A stretch of 64,000 nt of DNA from Gammaproteobacteria bacterium (GCA_965238175.1 CBDEGZ010000003.1:3136001-3200000); one strand, 5' to 3'; counted from the stretch's first letter, positions 21,025 through 32,532 are shown. The notes: a model not told the origin generated them from the letters alone. A program made the numbers and translations.

Positions 21025-22170
21025 TTATTCTTCTGTTTTACATTCATAATTTTTATCAAGGATAATATCAACTCCGTGTTCGGTGTCCCAACTACACTTA
21101 AAGTATAGTTTCAATCCATTTATATTTTCAGTGAATATTATATTTTCTAAACATAAATTTCGTTTTAAAAACTCTTTATTACTATAAGTTGTATTATGTA
21201 ATGTTTCTATTTCTATTTTGGCATATCTGTAATAAATAGCATCTGCGTATGCTCCACCATTTCCAAAAGTGTAATGTTCAAAAAAAGAGAGTAATTTTTG
21301 CTCTACCCTTTTTTTGTTACTCACAAGATTTTTCAATATTTTTAAATTAAAGTCACCTTCATTACATACAATGTTAACTTTCGAGTTATCGGTGTATGGC
21401 TTTTCGTAGTATTGATAGACATCTGAATTATCTTCCCATTCTATGGTGCTATCTGGGTCAGAGAAATTTTCTGGATTGTATAAATCATAATACATATTCC
21501 AATCTTTACACATAAAATTTTTTATACTTGCTTCTTCCTTTTCTTTTAGTTCTGTTTCTAGATCTTTATAAAAGTTAGGATTTGAAATCTTAAGATTTTC
21601 TTCTAAATATTTGGCTTTTTCTTCTTTTTGTCTTTCCGCATCAATTAATTCTTGTAATTTTTCAACAGATACTTCTATTGGCTTACACTCAAATAAATTG
21701 TTTGGATTGTTTTCTATTGAAAAATCGAAAGTAATATCCATTTCAGTATCCAAGCCAAGTAACATAAAATATTCTTTATAAAATGCTGAATGTTTTGGTT
21801 CAAAAATACCAACAAGTTGCAACATTTGAGATTCTGTAATTACAATCCAATAAATCCTAAAATGAAAATTTTTATCATCCCAATTGTAAGTATAAACTTT
21901 GCATTCTGATACTTTTGTGTGCAATTCCCAGTTTTCTGCTCGGTCTCTATGAAATATTTTTTCAGCCAATGTTCTATATTCTTCTCCAATTTCTGAAATG
22001 GTGCATTGGTAATTTTCCACATTTTCCACATTTTCAATACTTGCAATATATTGTGCATTATTGCTGTCTTCTTTTAATAAAGATGTTTTTTTTGTCAATA
22101 CTAAACGATTTCCTTCCACTTCTTGGGTATCATAATAACTCGGTAAATAAAGTGTTATGGGTTTTTTCAT
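21025..22170 (-). CDS. Hypothetical acidic protein with C-terminal C-x-WD-x-EHG domain (DUF6985/immunity-like)
   Basis: 381-aa ORF, very low GC, ends CSWDTEHGVDIIL. Confidence 0.6.
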   Translation of the reverse strand: MKKPITLYLPSYYDTQEVEGNRLVLTKKTSLLKEDSNNAQYIASIENVENVENYQCTISEIGEEYRTLAEKIFHRDRAENWELHTKVSECKVYTYNWDDKNFHFRIYWIVITESQMLQLVGIFEPKHSAFYKEYFMLLGLDTEMDITFDFSIENNPNNLFECKPIEVSVEKLQELIDAERQKEEKAKYLEENLKISNPNFYKDLETELKEKEEASIKNFMCKDWNMYYDLYNPENFSDPDSTIEWEDNSDVYQYYEKPYTDNSKVNIVCNEGDFNLKILKNLVSNKKRVEQKLLSFFEHYTFGNGGAYADAIYYRYAKIEIETLHNTTYSNKEFLKRNLCLENIIFTENINGLKLYFKCSWDTEHGVDIILDKNYECKTEE

Positions 22171-22496
22171 TTTAATTTTATTTTATTTTTTACATAAGCC
22201 GAAAATCCTTTGTCAGAAAAATCTACAGGAATCCAATCGCTCGTATCAATATCAAAAGTGTTGAATGCGGTTTTATGGCTTAAATAATTGGGGTGTTTTT
22301 CTATTGGAAGCTGATAGGCATAATGACAATCTTCCAATACAGAGAGCACTCTAAAACGGGTAAAGCTCGTATCATGCATATCGTGAAAACGATATAGACT
22401 ATAGATCAAATCTCGTTTTTTATTAGCTAATAAATCTGCTCGATCTAGCAAATTAATGGCGTCTTCAATGATATCTTCTACTTGATGGTATGACAT
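22167..22496 (-). CDS. Hypothetical protein, possibly truncated
   Basis: 109-aa ORF coupled to the next gene by an ATGA overlap. Confidence 0.5.
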   Translation of the reverse strand: MSYHQVEDIIEDAINLLDRADLLANKKRDLIYSLYRFHDMHDTSFTRFRVLSVLEDCHYAYQLPIEKHPNYLSHKTAFNTFDIDTSDWIPVDFSDKGFSAYVKNKIKLK

Positions 22497-22507
22497 AATT
22501 TTTAATT

Positions 22508-22993
22508 TCAGTCGTTATTTAGTTTATATTTTTCTATTAAGGACTTTGTAATTATATTAGCGATGATCAAACCTTCAGGGTCTTCTGTTTCCCAAATACT
22601 ATTTTCACCTTCTTTGTCAGGATGTTTAGATAAAAAATCCAACAAATTTTTAAAGCTATATTTGTTTTTCTTTAAATTATCAACATCGTCAACGAGTTCT
22701 AAATATTCTATACAAATTTCATTTAGTTCATTTAAAAATTCAATTATTCTTCCATTAACTAAGGTTTCTTTTCTTTCCAGAAGGTCGATTAATTCTTTAA
22801 CCGCAAAAGGTGCTAAATAACTGCTCCCTCCTTGATGCTCTATTTCTAGTTCAATATGATGCAGTGCCTTTTCCTGTTCTTTTAAATCACCATTTTCTAG
22901 CGTGGCTAAATGCTCTAGTACAAAATCACCATAGTGATACCACCCAAATATGGATTCCCAAGGAATTTCTGATTTTAAAAGTTTTCTTGTCAT
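22508..22993 (-). CDS. Hypothetical protein (immunity-like, IEHQG motif)
   Basis: 161-aa acidic ORF in a low-GC co-oriented cluster. Confidence 0.55.
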   Translation of the reverse strand: MTRKLLKSEIPWESIFGWYHYGDFVLEHLATLENGDLKEQEKALHHIELEIEHQGGSSYLAPFAVKELIDLLERKETLVNGRIIEFLNELNEICIEYLELVDDVDNLKKNKYSFKNLLDFLSKHPDKEGENSIWETEDPEGLIIANIITKSLIEKYKLNND

Positions 22994-23278
22994 TTTTAAT
23001 ATAATGTAGCATATCTGCGCCTAGTCCCTTTGATACTCAGTGTTTGAGACTACCCAGATGATAAGATAGTAAGATTATGATGTTCGTTTGACTTCGCCAT
23101 GCATATTGTATTGGGTTCACCGACTGAGAAAGCAAGCTGTCTTTAGAATATCTGACTAGTACTGAGGAAGAAATGTTAGCCTAACATATGTTGTTTTAAT
23201 TTTTCATAAGGTGCTCTGCTCATGTGTGTAAAATGGGGTCTAAGGAAATTATAATAGCTCTCCCATTGAGCGAGCCTT

Positions 23279-23671
23279 TTACAGAACTCTACATCTCCAC
23301 TGTAGATAAAATTCATGCTGTTCGGTAAAGTGAGAGTGTTCTACTTTACCGTTTAATCGTGGTCTAGCGGGTTCGGTATAAGCATGGATCATACCGAGCT
23401 CTGAAACATGCCAATGAAACCTGGTTTGAAATTCATGTCCATTGTCGGTACGGATAGTTTTAATTCGGAAGGGAAGTTTATCCACCACGTATTTAATGAA
23501 ATCACTCGAATTAGCTTGCGTGTGTTGTCCAGGCACTTTCTTTTCGTAACGTTTAAACTTACTCCGTGAACGTTTCTTGATGTTTTTAGGGAGCCTGATT
23601 TAGCTTGTTTCTGAGTAAGACTTAGTAACACCTAGTTTTCTTGTAATATCGTGTTGTGCTTTTCGATTCAT
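23279..23671 (-). pseudogene. IS481-family transposase remnant
   Basis: IRTDNGHEF, PRLNGKVE; N-terminus MNRKAQHDITRKL broken by stop codon and deletions. Confidence 0.8.
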
Positions 23672-24212
23672 GTTCTCGACTCCTAAAATAAGCTGTTGAC
23701 AGTATAATCTGTCTGCCTAAGTCGAAATTTTTATAGGCTGCCCCCTTAATTTTCGCTCAAGATCTGAGCCTGTGTTTTTGACCGTACCTCCAATCTTTCA
23801 GCAGTTACATTACATGGCCTATTTTTTGCCTGCAAGTAAAAAGCTGTGCAAAGATGGCATATGATTGTCTGTTTTCATTTTATTAAGTGCATTTTCAACA
23901 CGTGTCTGCAACCAGTTTAGCTATAGATATAACAAGGCTTAGAACGTGTGTGCAGGGACAATCCGTAGCATGTACAGGGCACATTTATTGCTTAGAGTAC
24001 GACTTAGCCTTTAAGGCTACAAACTGCACAATATGACATGTTAGATCTAGCAACTGTTATCTTTGTTAAGAAATGTAGTTAGCTTATGGTGTTAGTAGAA
24101 TGTTTTTTATAGTAATAATCTGCTATAAGCTCATAAAGGATTACTATTTAATGGCTCAGTTCTTACACTTTGACCTAGCCCTTATTTTAAAACGATATGT
24201 GAGGAATATTTT

Positions 24213-25304
24213 ATGAGGTTCCATATTTTGGGTTTACCGCATACAGTTTCAAGTACTGAATATAGTGCCTGTGCGTATACCCAGAAAGTCGTAAAGTTTG
24301 GCAAAATGATGTCTGATAGAGGGCATGAAATTATCCATTATGGCCATGAGGACTCTAATTTGGTTTGTTATGAGCATGTTTCTGTACTTACTAATGACGA
24401 CTTGTTAAAGGCTTACGGTAGTCATGACTGGCGCAAAAACTTCTTTACTTTTGAGGTAAATGACCATGCTTATCAAACTTTCTTTAAAAACGCCATAAAA
24501 GAGATTGGTAAGCGCAAGCAGCCTGATGACTTTATTTTGCCGTTTTGGGGTAGTGGTGTCAGGCCGGTTTGTGATGCTCACCAAGATATTATAACAGTAG
24601 AACCTGGCATAGGTTATGCTGAGGGTCACTGGGCTCGTTGGAAGGTATTTGAGTCTTATGCAATCATGCATGCCTTTTATGGTATTGGAGCGGTAGGTAA
24701 TTGTATGCAGGATTGGTATGACGTTGTTATCCCAAACTACTTTGACCTTGAAGATTTTGAGTATTGCGATGAGAAAGAAGATTATTACCTGTTTATAGGG
24801 CGAGTATATCCTGGTAAAGGTATAGATACTGCTATAGAGGTAACAGAGAAAATAGGAGCTAAACTGGTCATTGCTGGGCAAAACCCGGATAACCTGACTT
24901 TTCCGCCACATGTAGAATTTGTAGGTTATGCGGATATCCTAACTAGAAAGCGTTTGATGTCGCGAGCTAAAGCATCATTTGTTGCATCTATGTATCTGGA
25001 GCCATTTGGTGGAGTTCAAGTAGAAAATCTGCTATCAGGCACACCAACTATTACCACAGACTGGGGTGCTTTTACTGAAAATAACCCTAATGGAGTTACT
25101 GGTTATCGTTGTCGCACCTTTGCTGATTTTATTGCAGCAACAGAGAATATAGAGAATATTAAACCATCTGATTGCAGGCGTTTTGGGGAGCAATTTTCAT
25201 TAGAAAATATCGCTCCTCGTTATGAAAAATATTTTCAAGATGTATTGAATATCTATACTGGTGATGGTTGGTATCAGATGCCTGAAACCAGCTCTTCAAA
25301 ATAG
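24213..25304 (+). CDS. Glycosyltransferase, GT-B fold (GT4-like)
   Basis: VIPN, LFIGRV-x-x-x-KG, EPFGGVQVE-x-x-LSGTP-x-ITTDWG. Confidence 0.88.
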   Translation: MRFHILGLPHTVSSTEYSACAYTQKVVKFGKMMSDRGHEIIHYGHEDSNLVCYEHVSVLTNDDLLKAYGSHDWRKNFFTFEVNDHAYQTFFKNAIKEIGKRKQPDDFILPFWGSGVRPVCDAHQDIITVEPGIGYAEGHWARWKVFESYAIMHAFYGIGAVGNCMQDWYDVVIPNYFDLEDFEYCDEKEDYYLFIGRVYPGKGIDTAIEVTEKIGAKLVIAGQNPDNLTFPPHVEFVGYADILTRKRLMSRAKASFVASMYLEPFGGVQVENLLSGTPTITTDWGAFTENNPNGVTGYRCRTFADFIAATENIENIKPSDCRRFGEQFSLENIAPRYEKYFQDVLNIYTGDGWYQMPETSSSK

Positions 25305-25346
25305 ATTTTTCTTAATCCCATAACGTATGACACTAAACTATTAATC

Positions 25347-27437
25347 ATGGATACAAATACTCTAAACACTTTTTGGTTGGGTTCTTCTCTAGGCACCCTT
25401 GAGGAGATTTGTCTACTGTCAATGTTACATCAAGGCCATAAGGTAAGGGTCTTCAGCTATGAGCCTATTATCAATTTGCCGTCTGGCGTGGAAACATGTG
25501 ATGCCAATGAAATATTGCCACAAGAGAGCTTTCGTTGCCATGTCTCTGGTAGCCCGGCACTGGGCTCGGATCAATTCCGTTATATAATGATGCGTGAGGG
25601 CATTGGCCCTTGGGTGGATTCAGATGTGTTGTTATTGCATCCAATGAAGTTTGACGACCAGCCGAAATATCTGTTTGGTAGAGAAGATGAAGATAGTATA
25701 AATTGTGCAGTATTGTATTTGCCAACTGATGCACCTATTACGCAGGAATTATGTGAGTATGTTGAACAAGATTATCCCGTCCCGCCAAATTATAGCGAAG
25801 AAGATCAAAAATACTATCGTCAACAGATTGCAGCCGGCACCCCGGTACCTGTTAATAAAATGCCCTGGGGAGTTTATGGCCCACAGGCGTTGACTTATTT
25901 TGCTAAAAAACACGGTATTTTTGATATTGCACAAGCACCAGAAGTGTTTTATCCGGTTTATTGGGATCAATCACATTTGCCTTTAATGGCAGGTTGTGAA
26001 GAAGCTGTGGAAAAATGTTTCACAGCAAACACCATAGGTATTCACCTTTGGAATACACAGATGCGCCTTCCTTCGGAATTGCGCCCAAATCAGCCACCTG
26101 AGATATTGGTCATTGAAAAGGATAGTTTTTTAGATCGCTACGCGAGGCGAGAGCTGGGGTATGTAATTCGTGATGCGGTCAAACCAAGCTGGCGAGAATT
26201 AAACCAGCCACTGGCAGCTACAACTACAGCTACAACTACAGCTACAGCTACAACTACAGCTACAACTACAGCTACAGCTACAACTACAGCATTAAATACG
26301 GGGTTGCTCTGTACCCGCCCGTCATCGCGTCCAGTAATAACCTTGAATATGATCTGCAAGCATGAAGTAGATCGCATAGGTAAATGTTTAGAGTCCGTTA
26401 AGCCCTATATTGATCAATGGGTCATCGCCATAGATAGTCGCTCTGAAGATGGCACGCGTGAGGTTATTTTAGAGGTCTTGCAAGATATCCCGGGCAAATT
26501 GTATAGCCATGATTGGGCAGATTTTTCTACCAACCGTAATATGGCACTGAAGTGTGCCGAGCAGCACTGTGATTCGGGGGATTATATTTTTGTAATGGAT
26601 GCAGATGATGAAATGATTGCATCTAAGGATTTTATATTCCCAGAGCTCAATGCTTCTCTATATTCTGCACAACTTAGCGGTCGTAATATCTATTTTGAGC
26701 GCCCTTTTTTATTTCGGGCAGGTGATGGTTGGTATTATAAATACCGCATCCATGAGGCTCTACGTAATGATCGTTCTAAGGATCTAGTACAAGGTAATAT
26801 TACAGGCATGCAGATCATTCATAGACAGGCAGGTACGCGTTCAAAAAAACCATGTCGGTATCTGCACGATGCATTTTTGCTAGAGCAGGATTTATTAGAT
26901 ACGCCTGATGAACCGAGGTGTATGTTCTATCTTGCTCAAAGCTATGAATGCTTTGGGCTTTTTGAAGCAGCTGTAGATCGCTATCGTAAACGTGCGGCGA
27001 TAGACGAAGGTTATCGTGACGAACAATTCATAGCACTATTACGTATCGGGGATACTCGTAAGAATTTCCTAAATGTGCCTTGGCTAGAGGTGATGCAAGA
27101 CTATCTAGCCGCTTGGGAATTTATGCCCCACCGCATTGAGCCTTTAATGCGCATCATTGATCATTATTCCGATCTGGATGAGCATGATAATTTGGTAGTG
27201 CTCTACGCCGAGCAGGCAATGGCACATCTGCAATATCCACCACTACCTGGGTTGTTTCTGGAATATAAAGCTTATGATTATCAACTGAAAGACCGATATG
27301 CGGTAGCCTTGTATTGGTGCAAACGATATGCGGAAGCTGCGGTATTGAATGAGCAATTGCTGACAGAGGGTAGAATACCATCATCCGAGATTGAAAGGAT
27401 TACTAACAATTTGAAATTTTGCCAGGACAACCTTTAG
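25347..27437 (+). CDS. Fused double glycosyltransferase (DxD GT32-like + GT2/TPR) with Thr/Ala linker
   Basis: N half SDQFRY…WVDSD…GPQALT…IHLWN; C half LNMICKHE…DSRSEDGT…MDADD…RIHE…FYLAQSY. Confidence 0.8.
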   Translation: MDTNTLNTFWLGSSLGTLEEICLLSMLHQGHKVRVFSYEPIINLPSGVETCDANEILPQESFRCHVSGSPALGSDQFRYIMMREGIGPWVDSDVLLLHPMKFDDQPKYLFGREDEDSINCAVLYLPTDAPITQELCEYVEQDYPVPPNYSEEDQKYYRQQIAAGTPVPVNKMPWGVYGPQALTYFAKKHGIFDIAQAPEVFYPVYWDQSHLPLMAGCEEAVEKCFTANTIGIHLWNTQMRLPSELRPNQPPEILVIEKDSFLDRYARRELGYVIRDAVKPSWRELNQPLAATTTATTTATATTTATTTATATTTALNTGLLCTRPSSRPVITLNMICKHEVDRIGKCLESVKPYIDQWVIAIDSRSEDGTREVILEVLQDIPGKLYSHDWADFSTNRNMALKCAEQHCDSGDYIFVMDADDEMIASKDFIFPELNASLYSAQLSGRNIYFERPFLFRAGDGWYYKYRIHEALRNDRSKDLVQGNITGMQIIHRQAGTRSKKPCRYLHDAFLLEQDLLDTPDEPRCMFYLAQSYECFGLFEAAVDRYRKRAAIDEGYRDEQFIALLRIGDTRKNFLNVPWLEVMQDYLAAWEFMPHRIEPLMRIIDHYSDLDEHDNLVVLYAEQAMAHLQYPPLPGLFLEYKAYDYQLKDRYAVALYWCKRYAEAAVLNEQLLTEGRIPSSEIERITNNLKFCQDNL
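26217..26290 (+). repeat. In-frame tandem repeat encoding ATTTATTTATATTTATTTATATTTA
   Basis: GCTACA/ACTACA hexamers forming a 30-bp higher-order unit, about 2.5 copies. Confidence 0.9.
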
Positions 27438-28191
27438 AAATATGACTAAATGTTTATAACAGTGCTCGGCTAATTCTGAGTCATAGGTACATACTAAAAG
27501 AACCCATGGTGCATTTAGAAAAAACTTTTTAAATTTAATGAAGTAAGTTGCTCATTACCCGCCAAAGAACATCATTGCATTTTTACCAAATAATAATTAT
27601 GAGCAACTTACACGCCAGTTATCGCAGGAGATTACACCTATTGTACAAGATAGAGATCCCCTCGACTATTTCCTCAAACAAATCCGCATATAACTAGATC
27701 AATATAGATTGGCATAATCCATGTGCTTTTTAAATAGGGTATCCACCTCACATCGTTCTTTTCATCAGCTCCCTTTCACTTGTGCTCATTTGTGTTCTAT
27801 CAGACTCAAACCAGAACTATAAGGGGATATTCTAAAGTACAACCATGAATATCTATGGCTTCTACAATATCTGCCCGCTTATGAAAACTTACATTAGCCA
27901 TCACTATACCTGTGCTACTTGAAACTACAGATTTCAGTGGCTCTATCGTTCTTGCTGGCAAGGCATGTTCCGCCGGAAAGGCTTGTTAGTTGCTTGGCCC
28001 TTTTCAAGAAACACAACGCTGCCCAGCGTGAATGATAGCGTCACCCAAAGGGCGAGTCCAGGTGACACGGGTATAATGCTTTGCTCATAGTTAGATAACA
28101 GATCTTGTTAAGCAGGCATGGAAAACATCGGCATTAATATAGCCCGTAAAAACTGACCGTTACAATATACGATTGGCATAATTGCCATGTT

Positions 28192-29178
28192 TTGGTTCAT
28201 AATTGCCAAGTGGGAAAATCTTATCTACATGTCGCTATTGCTAACTACCCCGGTGCTCAACTAACTGCAGTACATGGTTTGACGGATATGTTCCTCACCG
28301 CTAACCGCTTTATTAACTCTTTAAAAATGGTTAACCAGTCACTTTTTTGTGTTAGTCATTGGGGTGTTTCAGACAACGATACAAAATTAAATTCCGAATA
28401 CTGTACCTTAAAATCGGTACCATTCGTAAAAGATGTTCTGATACTACCAGGTAGTCTTGATGAACAAGCACCTACCAAATCGCAAGCTCTTACTGAATGG
28501 ATATTAACTCAATATCAATCCGGTACGGTGACATGCTCTGTTTGCAACGGTGCTTTTGTTCTTGCTCAGAGTGGTATCCTAAATGGACGAAAAGCGACCA
28601 CTCACTGGGCGCTAGAGGACGTGTTTTTCTCTCTCTATCCAGAGACTGAATTACATATAGACAGGATCATTATTGATGAAGGTGACATCGTTACTGCTGG
28701 TGGCGTCATGGCATGGCTAGATTTAGGCCTCAGCCTGATCCATCGATTTGCTGGCCCGGAAGTTATGTTAAAGGTAGCAAAGTTTTTACTCATTGATCCC
28801 CATGCTCGTGAACAAAAATTTTATCGCGCATTTTCCCCTTCTTTCAGTCATGGCGATCAACCCATCATCAAGGTACAGCACTGGTTACAAGCCAATATTG
28901 ATAAACCATTGTCACTGGAACAACTAGCAAATCTGGCAAATGTTAGTGTAAGAACATTGATCAGGCGATTTCATAGTGCTCTAAAGATAACGCCTACTGC
29001 TTATATACAACAAGTGCGTGTTGAGAAAGCGCGCGAGTTACTTGAATTTACGACATTCCCCGTGAATAAGGTTGCCTGGAGTGTAGGATACGAAGACCCC
29101 AGTGCTTTTGGAAAATTGTTTCATAAAATACAAGGATTATCGCCAGGGGAGTACCGACGTCGATTCAGAATTAAATAA
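28192..29178 (+). CDS. GlxA-family regulator (DJ-1/PfpI + AraC HTH)
   Basis: SVCNGAFVLA, ATTHW, TAGG, C-terminal AraC HTH (VGYED-x-SAF). Confidence 0.92.
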   Translation: MVHNCQVGKSYLHVAIANYPGAQLTAVHGLTDMFLTANRFINSLKMVNQSLFCVSHWGVSDNDTKLNSEYCTLKSVPFVKDVLILPGSLDEQAPTKSQALTEWILTQYQSGTVTCSVCNGAFVLAQSGILNGRKATTHWALEDVFFSLYPETELHIDRIIIDEGDIVTAGGVMAWLDLGLSLIHRFAGPEVMLKVAKFLLIDPHAREQKFYRAFSPSFSHGDQPIIKVQHWLQANIDKPLSLEQLANLANVSVRTLIRRFHSALKITPTAYIQQVRVEKARELLEFTTFPVNKVAWSVGYEDPSAFGKLFHKIQGLSPGEYRRRFRIK

Positions 29179-29333
29179 AACGTAATGAACAGGCTAACAT
29201 CAGAGCTTTTTGTTCAAAAACAATCAAAAAAACAAATAGACCTCATTAATCTTACCCACATACTGGATTTGCATTAACACTATTGATGCCTTTAGTTTAT
29301 CCTTGACATTATAAGAGATTAGAAGAGAACTAC

Positions 29334-30779
29334 ATGTTCGATACCATCGTGGGCACAATTAACAACATATTGTGGGGCAATTTGTTAATTTATCTATTGC
29401 TAGTGGTAGGGGTTTTGTTTACCTGGCGTTTAGGCTTTCTGCAAATCCGCCACTTCTTTCATATGTTTCATCTGATCAAATCCAGTCGTAAACAAGGCTT
29501 TGATAATGATCCTGATAAAAACGTAAACCGAGGTATTTCTTCTTTTCAAGCATTGTGTACCAGCCTCGCTGCCCGAGTCGGAACAGGTAACCTTGCTGGA
29601 GTGGCTATCGCTATTTCTCTTGGTGGTCCCGGTGCTATTTTCTGGATGTGGTTGATCGCTCTGCTCGGAATGGCAACGGCCTTCGCGGAAAGCGCACTGG
29701 CTCAACTCTATAAAGAACCTACTTCTGATCAGTCCTTCCGTGGTGGCCCCGCCTATTACATGGCCCGGGGTTTGAAAAACCCAACCATGGCACTGGTTTT
29801 CTCTATCTGCCTGTTTTTTGGTTATGGCTTTATTTTTAGCTCAGTACAATCCAATTCCATTAGCGATGCCTTCGCTGCTTCCTATGGCTTTACGCCGCTG
29901 TATACAGGAATTGTGATCACAATCGTGGCTGCCGCAATCGTGATGGGCGGAATGCGTAGTATCGCGCGCTTCGCTGAATATGTGGTGCCCTTTATGGGAC
30001 TAGCCTATTTATTAGTAGCATTATTTGTTGTATTTAAAAACTTGCAATCAATTCCAGAAATTTTTAACCAAATCATTGGTTCTGCCTTTGGCTGGCATGA
30101 AGCGGGTAGTGGTCTTCTAGGTGCTGCGATGAAGCAAGGTATCACTCGCGGGCTTTATTCTAATGAGGCTGGAATGGGAAGCTCTCCTAATGCCGCTGCG
30201 ACAGCCACACCTTATCCGCCACATCCAATATCACAAGCCTATATTCAGATGCTTGGTGTGGCAATTGATACTTTGTTGATCTGTTCCTGTACAGCTTTCA
30301 TCATTTTGCTCAATGGTGGTGCCCAAGGTGAGATGGAAGGTATAACTATGACTCAACATGCGTTAGCCGCTCACGTAGGAGACTGGGGAGATGACTTTAT
30401 GTCGCTGGCAATCCTGTTCTTTGGATTCACGTCCATCGTCGCCAACTATGCCTATGCGAATAATAATCTGTCTTATGTGAAGCTAGATCATTTTTATGGC
30501 CGTTTATTTTTCACCGTATGCTTTTTGATGATGACGCTGTACGGCAGCGTAGCCACACTTCCACAAGTCATTGCTCTGGCTGATCTGGGTATGGGTTTAA
30601 TGACTCTGGTCAATGTCGTTGCCTTATTTCTACTCAGCAAAACGGTAATCAGTCTTTCGCAGAATTACTCCCAACAATTGAAGAAAGGAGAAATACCAAA
30701 CTATCAGTTATCAAATGAAGAAGCGCAAACCCTCAACCTCATTCCTGGTGTGTGGTCGCCAGATCCCTCTTCGAAATAA
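29334..30779 (+). CDS. Sodium:alanine/glycine symporter (AGCS family)
   Basis: SLAARVGTGNLAGVA, GGPGAIFWMW, RGLYSNEAGMGS. Confidence 0.94.
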   Translation: MFDTIVGTINNILWGNLLIYLLLVVGVLFTWRLGFLQIRHFFHMFHLIKSSRKQGFDNDPDKNVNRGISSFQALCTSLAARVGTGNLAGVAIAISLGGPGAIFWMWLIALLGMATAFAESALAQLYKEPTSDQSFRGGPAYYMARGLKNPTMALVFSICLFFGYGFIFSSVQSNSISDAFAASYGFTPLYTGIVITIVAAAIVMGGMRSIARFAEYVVPFMGLAYLLVALFVVFKNLQSIPEIFNQIIGSAFGWHEAGSGLLGAAMKQGITRGLYSNEAGMGSSPNAAATATPYPPHPISQAYIQMLGVAIDTLLICSCTAFIILLNGGAQGEMEGITMTQHALAAHVGDWGDDFMSLAILFFGFTSIVANYAYANNNLSYVKLDHFYGRLFFTVCFLMMTLYGSVATLPQVIALADLGMGLMTLVNVVALFLLSKTVISLSQNYSQQLKKGEIPNYQLSNEEAQTLNLIPGVWSPDPSSK

Positions 30780-30974
30780 CTATCCTTTATGTCAGCAATT
30801 TATCCTGGCCTAGTATTATCACTCCTAACTCCGGCGAAAAACATTGTCATACACCAAGGAGGCTGTCAAAAAGTGAAGTGTTCACCTTCCACCAACTACG
30901 CTAAAATATGGTATAAAAAACATATGCTTTATAAAACAACTTAGTAAAAACTAACTCAACACAAATATTGATCG

Positions 30975-31008
30975 AGATAACTGATTAGGCCTGTATAATC
31001 AGTTATCT
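30975..31008. promoter_or_regulatory. 13-bp perfect inverted repeat, possible operator
   Basis: AGATAACTGATTA-N8-TAATCAGTTATCT overlapping a TATAAT, upstream of the DUF1513 gene. Confidence 0.45.
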
Positions 31009-31101
31009 TACAGTGATGCATTCAACTTATAATGTAATACTTTGTCGATAAAACTTTACTAAATAGTGTTTAACAACCATCGAATGATCCTATAACCTGT
31101 C

Positions 31102-32228
31102 ATGCCATTTAATAGACGAGAATTTTTAAAAGCTCTGGGTAAAACATCTTTTCTTTCACTTATTTCAGCTCATCATGCTCTGTCGAAAATACCCCTGCAA
31201 GCACTGATTTGATTTTAGGTGGAGGTCAGTATGTTGATCTTGAAACGAGAAAAACCAAGTATGTTTTTGCCTTGTATGATTTCAAAAAATCATTTGCAGA
31301 ACAAATCCCAATAAATTTCTTTGCGCACGGTATAAGCATTAATCCCAGTTCTACAAATCAATTATTTCTATTTCAAAAAAAAGGGCCAGGAGCTTATGAA
31401 ATAGATTTAAAAACCAGGCAAGTCATCCATTATATGACACCCTCAGAGGGCTGCCATTTTTATGGTCATGGAGCTTATTCTAAAGATGGCTCTTTATTGT
31501 TTGCTGTGGAATCTTACCTGAATAACCACGATGAAATAATCTCAGTAAGAGATGCAAAATCATTAGACATTCTTGGCGAATTTCCAAGCTATGGCAAAAA
31601 CCCTCACGACTGCCATCTATTTAGTAATGGTGAATTATTAGCCATAACAAATGGGGGCGGAACATTAGATAGTACTGACTCACCATCTGTCTGCTATGTC
31701 GATGTCGAAAGTGGCAAGTTAGTTGAAAAAATAGAACTGCCAGATAAACGTATTAATGCCGGTCATTTAGTCCTTTCAAAAAATCAAGATCTTGGAGTGG
31801 TATCTGCACCTCGCTCCGGACTTCCTGAATCTGATCTTGCTGGTGTGAGCTTCCGAAAATTTGGGAATGAAATAATTGATCTACAAGCTCCTGACGGGAT
31901 AAAAAATCGTTATATAGGTGAAACATTAAGTGCTGCAATCCACAAAGAATCTAATACTTTTGCCGTCACGACACCTAAAGGCGATTTGGTCAGTTTTTGG
32001 GATACTAAAAATCACCAGTTTAAAAAGTACATCGATTTGCCTAAACCTCGAGGGATCACAACAACAAGCGACGGAAAATATTTCATCGTCTCTTACGGAT
32101 CACAAGCAAGCTTAGGGCTGATTTCTACCGACTCTCTAGAGCTGCAAAAACAAACTAGCATTAACGCTACCTATATCACGGGTTCTCACATAATAAATTG
32201 GCATCGGGAAATAAACTCGTTTGGCTAA
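31102..32228 (+). pseudogene. DUF1513-family beta-propeller protein with Tat signal in a different frame (frameshift or sequence error)
   Basis: ATG 31102 gives MPFNRREFLK… and stops near 31210; the body (FYGHG, G-x-x-PHD, ITNGG) lies in the -1 frame, 31209-32228. Confidence 0.7.
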
Positions 32229-32532
32229 AACACTAAATGACTTTGATTTGATCAAAAAACCAGAGAACTTTCTTTAGAACAATATGTAAGCCTTGGATTT
32301 GATCTTTAAGATCACAATGGCTATTGTCTGGACAACTAATCGCCCACAAGAAAAGGAACTATATGTTCGTATTTACAACAATGAACGGCGTATCACCATC
32401 AATATATATCATAAGAAATACAATTTTCTAACTCCACCCAAGCCAACCTAAATAGATTCATTATTTTTAGAGATATTTATCGACTACAAGCCTACACAAA
32501 TAACCGATAAACATAATCATATGATCCAAAAA

